Of a stretch of 64,000 nucleotides of DNA, positions 29,833 to 36,915 are shown in pieces. The DNA comes from Patescibacteria group bacterium (GTDB taxonomy: Bacteria > Patescibacteriota > Patescibacteriia > SG8-24). The notes below the pieces were generated by a model. It saw only the letters and a list, made by a program, of their open reading frames with translations. It was not told the origin of the DNA and made no database searches. Position numbers and translations under genes: made by a program. The stretch spans positions 32,052-96,051 of the forward strand of contig JBAYFM010000001.1 of assembly GCA_041667185.1 (NCBI GenBank). The letters are read 5' to 3'. Within the stretch, counting starts at the first letter, position 1; each line of letters starts with the position of its first letter.

Positions 29833-31071
29833 ATGGCCGAAACCCGTTATCTCATCATCGGCGGCGGGGTCGCGGGGACCACGGCCGCCGATACCATTCG
29901 TAAACAGGACGCGACTGGCGCGATCACGATCGTCTCCGACGAGCCGTACCGGTTCTATTCGCGTATCATGATCTCCAAGCTGCATTATTTCCTGGGGAAG
30001 GTTCCGGCCGACCAGATCTGGCTGAAAAAAGAGGAATGGTATCGCGATAATCGCGTGAATCTGATCGCTGGGCGCACGGCCGCGAAACTGGATACGGCCG
30101 CCAAGACGGTGATCCTCGATGACGGCACGATGCTCGGCTATGACAAATTACTCCTGGCCATCGGCATCCGCGCCCGGCGCTGGACTGTGCCTGGTTCCGA
30201 CAAACAGGGTATACATTACGTCCGGACGCTCGACGACTTCAAGGGCATCACGGCCGATGTGAAGACTGCCAGACAGGCGGTCGTGATCGGCGGCGGCGCC
30301 ATCGGTTTCGAGGTCTGCGAACTTTTCCAAGCTTCCGGCCTCGACACCACGCTCGTGATCCGCGAACCGCATTACTGGGATCCGGTGCTTGACGCCGGTT
30401 CCGGCCAGATGATCGAGAAAGCCCTGGAGAAGGCCGGCGTGAAGATCGTGCGCGGCAAATATGTGACTGAAGCCTACGGCGGCGAGCGGGTCGAGGGCGT
30501 CATCCTGGAGAGTGGCGAAAAACTTCCCTGTCAGATCGTTTCGGTCGGCATCGGCGGCGTCTGCCCGCTCGATTTCGCGAAAGCCGCCGGCCTCGCGACC
30601 AACCGTGGCCTCGTCGCCAACGAATATCTCGAGACCAGCGCGCCGGACATCTGGGCGGCGGGGGATTGCGCTGAGTACCAGGACCTGATCTTCGGCGAGC
30701 GGACGCAGTTCGGCAGCTGGAGCAACGCCCAGTCGCAGGGTCGCACCGTCGGCGCCAACATGTCCGGACGCCATGAACCCTACCGCCTCGTGACCTTCTA
30801 TGCCGTGAGCGGTCTTGGCTTGAGCATCGCCTTCATCGGCTCCGTGGCGCCGCCCGGCGCCGGCCGCGACGTCGTACCGCGCGGATCGCCGGAGGCTAAT
30901 TCCTACGCTCGGCTGCTCCTCAAGGACAACCGCATCGTCGGCGCGACCCTCATGAACCGCACCGCGGACATCGGTCCGATCTCGAAACTCATCGAGAAAC
31001 AGACGGACGTCGCCGGCCGCTACTCGGAGCTCGCGGACACGAATTTCGATCTCAAATCGCTTTTGTCGTAA
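29833..31071 (+). CDS. FAD/NAD(P)-dependent pyridine-nucleotide-disulfide-type oxidoreductase (ferredoxin/rubredoxin reductase-like)
   Basis: YLIIGGGVAGTTAAD (FAD-binding GxGxxG), a second Rossmann fold VVIGGGAIGFEV and GDCAEY. Confidence 0.75.
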   Translation: MAETRYLIIGGGVAGTTAADTIRKQDATGAITIVSDEPYRFYSRIMISKLHYFLGKVPADQIWLKKEEWYRDNRVNLIAGRTAAKLDTAAKTVILDDGTMLGYDKLLLAIGIRARRWTVPGSDKQGIHYVRTLDDFKGITADVKTARQAVVIGGGAIGFEVCELFQASGLDTTLVIREPHYWDPVLDAGSGQMIEKALEKAGVKIVRGKYVTEAYGGERVEGVILESGEKLPCQIVSVGIGGVCPLDFAKAAGLATNRGLVANEYLETSAPDIWAAGDCAEYQDLIFGERTQFGSWSNAQSQGRTVGANMSGRHEPYRLVTFYAVSGLGLSIAFIGSVAPPGAGRDVVPRGSPEANSYARLLLKDNRIVGATLMNRTADIGPISKLIEKQTDVAGRYSELADTNFDLKSLLS

Positions 31072-31083
31072 CCGACATTTTTT

Positions 31084-31578
31084 ATGGCCGCCACCGAACA
31101 GCCCAAGATCCGCATCGGCTGGTTCTCTTTCTCCTGTTGCGAGGACAGCACGATCGTTTTCACGGAACTCCTGAACGACCACTGGCAGGAGTGGAAGAAG
31201 ATCTTCGATTTTCGCCACGCCCGCGTCCTGAAGACGAAGAACGTGCTCGATGAGATGGATATTGCCTTCATCGAAGGAGCCATCGCGTCGGACAAGCAGG
31301 CCAAGGAAGCCGAGGAGATCCGCGCCTTGTCCAAAGTCGTCGTGGCCGTCGGCGCCTGCGCTTGCACCGGCATGCCTTCGGCCCAACGCAACGCTTTCAC
31401 CGACGAGCAGAAGCAGGAGATCGAATTCCTGCTCGCGCGTTTCGCCGCCTCGCCCAAGGTCCGCAAACTCTCCGAGGTGATCAAGGTGGATGCCGAGGTC
31501 GGCGGCTGTCCGATGGATCCGAAAAAATTCCTCGCCGCGGTCGACCAGCTGGTCGGCCAGTTCCGGGGCGCTAAGTAG
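31084..31578 (+). CDS. [NiFe] hydrogenase small subunit, NuoB-like minimal type
   Basis: SCCEDS, GACACTG and GGCPMDP match the NuoB/PSST proximal-cluster pattern (CCxxE ... GxCxxxG ... GCP). 164 aa. Confidence 0.7.
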   Translation: MAATEQPKIRIGWFSFSCCEDSTIVFTELLNDHWQEWKKIFDFRHARVLKTKNVLDEMDIAFIEGAIASDKQAKEAEEIRALSKVVVAVGACACTGMPSAQRNAFTDEQKQEIEFLLARFAASPKVRKLSEVIKVDAEVGGCPMDPKKFLAAVDQLVGQFRGAK

Positions 31579-31586
31579 AACCGGTT

Positions 31587-32879
31587 ATGCATACTTTCGA
31601 CCTGAGTCTCGAACACGTCACCAAGGTGGAGGGCGCCGCGAACGTCAACGTCAAAGTGAAAGACGGCAAAGTGGAGTCGGTCCGCTACGAGATCGCCGAG
31701 TTCAAGCGCTTCTACACGCGCGGCATCGAGGGCAAGCCGCTCATGGCCATCCCGCAGCTCCTGGCGCGTATCTGCGGCACCTGCTCGAACGCACATCTCC
31801 TGTGCGCCATCGAAGCCTGCGAGCACGCGCTCGATCTACAGCCTACGCCGCAGACCATGCTGCTCCGCGAGCTCACCATGTGCGGGCTCAACATCCGTGA
31901 CCACGCGCTGCATCTCTATCTGTTCGTCTTGCCGGACATCGTCGGCAAGGACGCATTGCTGGAGTTCGACGAGAACGACCCGGTCCAGCATCAGATGCTG
32001 CACGACGCTTTCGACATCAAGGCCGCCGGCAATTTCCTGGCCGAGCTCGTGGCCGGACGTTCCGTCCATGCGGTCTATCCGACGCTCGGCGGCTTCCTGA
32101 AGTTCCCGGACAAGGCCGGCGTGGAAAAAGCGATCAAACTGCTCGAGTCGGTCCGTCCGGCGGTCCTGCGCACGGTCGAGATCTTCGAAAAAGCGCCATT
32201 CCATCTGGATCGCAAGACCAATTACATGGCGCTCGTGCCCAAGGATCATTTCGGATTCATTGACGGCGAGATCCATGACAGCTTCGGCCACGTCGTGCCG
32301 GAGTCCGGCTTCCGCGATCATCTTGAACACGTCGTCCTGCCGTATTCGCAGGCTTCGGCTTACAAACATGAAGGCAAATCCTACATGGTCGGGTCGCTCG
32401 CGCGCCTGAATCTGGCCAAGGACCTGCTGCACGCGAAGACGAAAGAGTCGCTCAAGGAAACACTGAAACTCTTCCCCTCGACCGACATCTTCTACAACAA
32501 TCTGGCTCAGGCCATCGAGATCCTGCACTGCCTCGACCGGGCCGTGGACGTCCTGAAGACCGTCGAGTTCAAGGCTGAACCGCTGGTGCGCATGCCGAAC
32601 AAGGCTGGCGTTGGCATCGGCGTCGTCGAAGCGCCGCGCGGCACGCTCTATCATCGCGTGGAGACCGACGAAAAGGGGAATGTGGTCAGAGGCGAGGTCA
32701 TCGTGCCCACCAACCAGAACCAGGTGAACATCGAGGAGGATGTTTGGAAGCTCATCCAGGACAACCTGGACAAGATGAGCCAGGAAGAGATGATCCACGA
32801 AATGGAGAAACTCGTCCGCGCCTACGACCCGTGCATGTCCTGCGCCGCGCACTTCCTGAAGTTGAAGTGGGAGGAGTAG
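31587..32879 (+). CDS. [NiFe] hydrogenase large subunit (soluble, group 3-like)
   Basis: N-terminal RICGTCSNAH (RxCGxCxxxH) and C-terminal DPCMSCAAH (DPCxxCxxH), followed by an 8-aa tail FLKLKWEE. Confidence 0.85.
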   Translation: MHTFDLSLEHVTKVEGAANVNVKVKDGKVESVRYEIAEFKRFYTRGIEGKPLMAIPQLLARICGTCSNAHLLCAIEACEHALDLQPTPQTMLLRELTMCGLNIRDHALHLYLFVLPDIVGKDALLEFDENDPVQHQMLHDAFDIKAAGNFLAELVAGRSVHAVYPTLGGFLKFPDKAGVEKAIKLLESVRPAVLRTVEIFEKAPFHLDRKTNYMALVPKDHFGFIDGEIHDSFGHVVPESGFRDHLEHVVLPYSQASAYKHEGKSYMVGSLARLNLAKDLLHAKTKESLKETLKLFPSTDIFYNNLAQAIEILHCLDRAVDVLKTVEFKAEPLVRMPNKAGVGIGVVEAPRGTLYHRVETDEKGNVVRGEVIVPTNQNQVNIEEDVWKLIQDNLDKMSQEEMIHEMEKLVRAYDPCMSCAAHFLKLKWEE

Positions 32880-32949
32880 CCTGATCCGCCCGCATCTTAG
32901 AATCATGACGACCGCGCCGCTGGCGCGATCGTTTTAGTCTTCGCCGGCG

Positions 32950-33002
32950 GTCCGGCGCTTGACAGCTTTTCGTTCGCGATCCATAATGGATAATGATTAT
33001 CC
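32950..33002 (+). promoter_or_regulatory. Promoter (TTGACA-17-CATAAT) overlapped by a Fur/PerR-type box
   Basis: cttgacagcttttcgttcgcgatccataatggataatgattatcc. The element gataatgattatc matches the Fur-box core. Confidence 0.6.
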
Positions 33003-33014
33003 ACAAGGAATAAT

Positions 33015-33431
33015 ATGCCAATGAGTCCCAGCGAGATCGCGATCAGGGTGAAGCGCTTCGAGGCCGAGTGCCGGCGCCGCCGCCTGCCGCTCACGCCGCA
33101 GAAACGCGCTGTCTTCGAGGCTGTCGCCTCGACCGACCGCCATCCTACGGCGCAGGAGCTCCACGTCGCGATCCGCCGGCGGCTGCCCGATCTGTCCTTC
33201 GCTACGGTCTATAAGAATCTGGCTCTGCTCTCCAGCCTCGGCCTCGTCCGCGAGTTCCGGATCGGCGGGGGAGTCTCCCGGTTCGACGCGAACACCGGCG
33301 TCCACGCGCATGTCTATAGCCTCGGCTCGGACACGCTCCGGGACGCGGATGTTCGCGGGCCGTTGCCGCTCCCCAAAGGAGTGAAGGCTGGTTCGGTCGA
33401 CAGCATCCTCTTGGTCTATTACGTCCATTAA
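33015..33431 (+). CDS. Fur-family metalloregulator (PerR/Fur-like)
   Basis: Fur-family winged helix (TPQKRAVFEAVASTDRHPTAQELH). Sits upstream of a peroxiredoxin gene behind a Fur box. Confidence 0.75.
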   Translation: MPMSPSEIAIRVKRFEAECRRRRLPLTPQKRAVFEAVASTDRHPTAQELHVAIRRRLPDLSFATVYKNLALLSSLGLVREFRIGGGVSRFDANTGVHAHVYSLGSDTLRDADVRGPLPLPKGVKAGSVDSILLVYYVH

Positions 33432-33446
33432 CGCATCAGCGAAAAT

Positions 33447-33974
33447 ATGTTGATCCTAGGAAAACCCGCGCCGGATTTCAAGGCCGTACCGGCCTACCAG
33501 ACCGGCGAATTCCGTTCCGTCAGCCTGTCCGAATATCGCGGGCATTGGCTCGTCCTGTTCTTTTATCCGCGCGATTTCACTTTCGTCTGCCCGACGGAAT
33601 TACGCGGATTCGCCGCGCACGAGCATGAATTCGAGAAGCTCGGCGCCAAGATCGTCGCCGCCTCGACCGATTCTCAGTGGTCGCATAAGGCCTGGTTCGA
33701 GCGCGACCTGCCGGAGGTGAAGTATCCGGTCCTGGCCGATACGGCGCTCAAACTCGCCGATGCTTACGGTGTCTTGAATGCCGATGATGGTTCCGCGGAG
33801 CGCGGACTCTTCATCATCGATCCGGAGGGGATCGTGCGCTACATCGTCGTATCGGCCTCGGCGGTCGGCCGTTCGGTGACCGAGACCCTGCGCGTCCTGC
33901 AGGCCCTGAAGAGCGGCGGACTTTGCCCGCTCGACTGGAAGGACGGAGAAAAAACGCTCGGCAAAGCCAAATAA
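33447..33974 (+). CDS. 2-Cys peroxiredoxin (AhpC/TSA family)
   Basis: FTFVCPTE peroxidatic-Cys motif with conserved Prx spacing. Confidence 0.85.
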   Translation: MLILGKPAPDFKAVPAYQTGEFRSVSLSEYRGHWLVLFFYPRDFTFVCPTELRGFAAHEHEFEKLGAKIVAASTDSQWSHKAWFERDLPEVKYPVLADTALKLADAYGVLNADDGSAERGLFIIDPEGIVRYIVVSASAVGRSVTETLRVLQALKSGGLCPLDWKDGEKTLGKAK

Positions 33975-34082
33975 GGGTTTTGCCAAAATGCTTGTCGTGA
34001 GACCGGTGATTGGGCCGCTAGCGGCCGGTCATCGGCGACCCGTTGCTTCGGCTCGGGTCGAAAGGTTAAATTCATCTATCTT

Positions 34083-34499
34083 ATGAAACATAGTTTTGTC
34101 TTGTTAGGGGTACTCGCCGGCTCCGTACTTTTAGTTGGCGCCGGTTGTGCCGGCCAGACAACGGTCAGGACGCAAACAACGGAGCGTCCGGCGGCCGTTG
34201 CCGCTCTATCCGTCCCTCCGGCAGCCAATGCGCCGGATCAAGCTTCAGCGAGGGAAATCACTGCGGCTGAGGTCGCGAAACATAAGACGCCGGATGATTG
34301 TTGGCTCGCCATCAACGGCATCGTCTACGATGTTTCCGGTTACGCCACGAAGCATCCCGGCCGGGAGGCGGTCTACGCCGGTTGCGGTCGGGACGCGACG
34401 GTCCTTTTCGAGACCCGTCCGATGGGTTCCGGAACGCCGCATTCGGACAAGGCCAGGGCTTACATGAAGAATTACGAGATCGGAACGTATAAGCCGTAG
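34083..34499 (+). CDS. Secreted/membrane-anchored cytochrome b5-like heme-binding domain protein
   Basis: N-terminal signal/TM. Cyt-b5 core EVAKHKTPDDCWLAINGIVYDVSGYATKHPG. Confidence 0.6.
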   Translation: MKHSFVLLGVLAGSVLLVGAGCAGQTTVRTQTTERPAAVAALSVPPAANAPDQASAREITAAEVAKHKTPDDCWLAINGIVYDVSGYATKHPGREAVYAGCGRDATVLFETRPMGSGTPHSDKARAYMKNYEIGTYKP

Positions 34500-34522
34500 C
34501 CACGGATAATTGCCGCCCGACG

Positions 34523-34550
34523 AAAAGACCGCGCTCCGACGCGGTCTTTT
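34523..34550. terminator. Bidirectional rho-independent terminator between convergent genes
   Basis: aaaagaccgcg-ctccgac-gcggtctttt. Confidence 0.6.
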
Positions 34551-34579
34551 AGGTTATCGCAACGGTGGTGCGGCCCGGG

Positions 34580-34951
34580 TCAGCCATTCATCAGCGAATT
34601 TCGGATGAAGTCGAGCGCTTTCCGCAGCTCTATGCCTGGCGGCAGGCCGATGATGCGGAGATTTTTCAGTCGTCCGAGTTTTTGCAGCCATTTCAGGTTG
34701 GCGTAGGCGTCGAAGTCATGCGTAGTGAGGCGTGGCGCGGCGGCGAAGGCGTCCAGGGAAGCGAAGATGCGCGGTTCGGCGATGCCGACGACTGTGTCGA
34801 TGACGGTCAGTTCCGACGGCACCTCCCACTCTTCATTCGGATCTTTTATTTCAAAAACAACGTCCGGTCGGAGTTTTTGGAGTTCTGGAATAAGTTTCAG
34901 CGGCAGGGAATCTTCCGGTAGGTCGGGATTTCCGAAAATATAGACGATCAT
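34580..34951 (-). CDS. [NiFe] hydrogenase maturation endopeptidase (HybD/HoxW/HycI family, peptidase A31)
   Basis: Starting at ATG 34951, MIVYIFGNPDLPEDSLPL..LTVIDTV..TTHDFDAYANLKWLQKLG..LRIIGLPPG aligns with HybD. The three metal-ligand positions (E, D, H) are conserved. Confidence 0.65.
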   Translation of the reverse strand: MIVYIFGNPDLPEDSLPLKLIPELQKLRPDVVFEIKDPNEEWEVPSELTVIDTVVGIAEPRIFASLDAFAAAPRLTTHDFDAYANLKWLQKLGRLKNLRIIGLPPGIELRKALDFIRNSLMNG

Positions 34952-34952
34952 A

Positions 34953-34994
34953 AAAGTGCTGAAGTTGGGGAGTGCTGGAGTGCTGAAGATTGAG
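34953..34994. repeat. R1-family repeat copy (inverted partner of 35395-35430)
   Basis: aaagtgctgaagttggggagtgctggagtgctgaagattgag. Confidence 0.5.
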
Positions 34995-35351
34995 TTATCC
35001 GACCTGTTTAGCAAGTGCCGCCAGTCCAGCGCAAAGACCCTCATAGCGGCAGATCAATCCGGCCGCCTCGGTTTCTGATAAGAATCCCAGGTCTTTGGCC
35101 AGGAGAAGAAAGTATTCGGTTTCTTTCGCCGACCCGCGAGCGATGGAAAGGAAATTTTTGAACTCTTTTTTACCGGAACGTCCGTAGCCTTCAGCGATAT
35201 TGGCGCCGACTGATGTTGTTGAGCGTCGAATCTGTTGTGTAAGTCCGAATCTTTCTGTCATCGGAAAGGAGCTGGTGACCCGGTAGATCGACAAGGACAA
35301 GGCGCGGGCCTCTTTCCAGACGCGAAGGTTGCGGTGAGCACTATCGGTCAT
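34995..35351 (-). CDS. Four-helix-bundle protein (TIGR02436; the 23S rRNA intervening-sequence-protein family)
   Basis: NLRVWKEARALSLSIYRVTSSFP...RSTTSVGANIAEGYGR...SAKETEYFLLLAKDLGF: diagnostic family motifs. About 118 aa from the ATG at 35351. Confidence 0.75.
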   Translation of the reverse strand: MTDSAHRNLRVWKEARALSLSIYRVTSSFPMTERFGLTQQIRRSTTSVGANIAEGYGRSGKKEFKNFLSIARGSAKETEYFLLLAKDLGFLSETEAAGLICRYEGLCAGLAALAKQVG

Positions 35352-35394
35352 ACGCCGCCGGACGTTGCCCCACCTGTCTAAAATAGTCAAATCT

Positions 35395-35430
35395 CCGGCA
35401 CTCCAGAACTTCAGTACTTCAGCACTTGGT
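35395..35430. repeat. R1-family repeat copy
   Basis: ccggcactccagaacttcagtacttcagcacttgg, the inverse of the 34953 copy. Confidence 0.5.
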
Positions 35431-36161
35431 CAGATCGTCTTATTGGCGAGGGCAATGTGTTGTAGAGTGTATTTCCTCAATTGGGCCGCCTGCGCTTCGG
35501 AAATCACCTCGCAGGGCACGCCCCAGTGGACGCTCACGAGTTCGCCAGGCTGGATCTGTTCGATGTCCGAGCGCGCCTCGAGGCTGCGCCGGACCTGGCG
35601 TTTCGCCGGCTCGCCGAGCGCCAGTTTACCGCTGATCAAGAGCAGTGGTTCGGTCTCGATCATGATATTCGGACCGTCAACTTCCAGCACTTTGCCCCAG
35701 CTGATGCGGCATTCTTCCATGCTCTCGAGCGTGTGGGCGATCGGTAAATGCCCGGTCCGCTTCCAGATGTCGAGTACGTGGAAGGAGTGATGCGGCATGG
35801 CACCCTTGGCGATCTTGTCCTCGACCAGTTCGAACGAACGCGCATCAAGTTTCTTTTTCATCTGCAGGTTCTCGGCCAGGTGGCGGTGCAACCGTTGTTT
35901 GCCGACATTCTCCAGAAGTTCGTTGCCGATCCAGTAAGCCTCGACCACGCGGTCGTCGAAGGGGTCGCGGACACCGTTCGCGGCGGCGATAGTCGCGAGA
36001 TAGGGGAACATCGTGGCGAAACCGCGCATCAGCGCCGCAAGTCCGGGATCGGTCGCACCTTCGTTGATGTACGCCAAAATCTCCTGATTGGCGTCAGGTC
36101 CGCAATAATGCAGGCGATTCGGTCCGAAAGCGTAGCGGCTGCAGCGGAGCACTCCGTCCAT
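35430..36161 (-). CDS. Conserved hypothetical protein
   Basis: 243-aa ORF (RCSRYAFGPNRLHYCGPD...) with no family assignable from sequence alone. Confidence 0.35.
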   Translation of the reverse strand: MDGVLRCSRYAFGPNRLHYCGPDANQEILAYINEGATDPGLAALMRGFATMFPYLATIAAANGVRDPFDDRVVEAYWIGNELLENVGKQRLHRHLAENLQMKKKLDARSFELVEDKIAKGAMPHHSFHVLDIWKRTGHLPIAHTLESMEECRISWGKVLEVDGPNIMIETEPLLLISGKLALGEPAKRQVRRSLEARSDIEQIQPGELVSVHWGVPCEVISEAQAAQLRKYTLQHIALANKTI

Positions 36162-36269
36162 AGGTCTGCTTAGCCAGTAGTTAACGCGATCAGTTTACAC
36201 TAATCCGGTCCAGCATTGAACAACATCCGGCCTCAGGGTATACTGTAGAAGTTAATCACCGCCTTAATT

Positions 36270-36746
36270 ATGACAACTGAAAAATATCTTAAGATCGCCC
36301 TGCCCCTCACGCTCGCCGGCGTCCTGTTCTCCGGCTATCTGAGCGGCATCAAGTTCTTCAGCGGCATCTGCGCCTTCAAAGAAGCCTGTCCGACCTTCCT
36401 TGGATATCCGGCCTGTTATTATGGCTTCGCGATGTTCTCGACCATGTTCGTCGCCACGGTCATCGCTTTCGCCAAGAAAGCCGCCGGCCGCTGGCCGATC
36501 AGGCTGAACCTGATCGTGTCCGTCATGGGCATGATCTTCTCCGGCTCCTTCACGGTGCGCGAGATGGCGGTCTGGTTCACCGAGGGCTTCAAGTCGTTCG
36601 GCCTCCTCGGACTCTCGACCTGCGCCTATGGTTTCGTTTTCTTCATCATCGTCTTCGTTTTCTCGCTGGTTTCCTGTCTGAAGCGGGTCGCCTCCGACAA
36701 AGCCGCGGCTCCGGTCGTTCCGCCGCCAGCACCGCCGCAGGCCTAG
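36270..36746 (+). CDS. Small polytopic membrane protein, Cys-containing
   Basis: About 4 TM helices; Cys residues in the first loop (ICAFKEACPTF). A TTGAAC-17-TATACT promoter is upstream. Confidence 0.4.
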   Translation: MTTEKYLKIALPLTLAGVLFSGYLSGIKFFSGICAFKEACPTFLGYPACYYGFAMFSTMFVATVIAFAKKAAGRWPIRLNLIVSVMGMIFSGSFTVREMAVWFTEGFKSFGLLGLSTCAYGFVFFIIVFVFSLVSCLKRVASDKAAAPVVPPPAPPQA

Positions 36747-36809
36747 GCAGCGTCAGATAAGATATCGGAACAACCCGGCTCATCAGCCGGGTTGTTTGTT
36801 CAGGCGTCG

Positions 36810-36912
36810 GAGAGTGCAGAAGCAGGGGGTTCGGGAGTGTGGTAAAATACAGTTAAGTGCTGGGTGGATCACAAATCAGGTCTCCCGCACTCCTTCACTC
36901 CCGCACTCTTTC
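36810..36912. repeat. R1-family repeat copy upstream of nrdJ
   Basis: Left end ggagagtgcagaagcagggggttcgggagtgtgg; right end tctcccgcactccttcactcccgcactc. Confidence 0.45.
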
Positions 36913-36915
36913 TCT

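Noticed and set aside
36270-36746. VKOR (vitamin K epoxide reductase)-like membrane protein
   Set aside because: A loop Cys pair is present, but no CxxC motif occurs in a transmembrane helix. Evidence is insufficient for a VKOR assignment.
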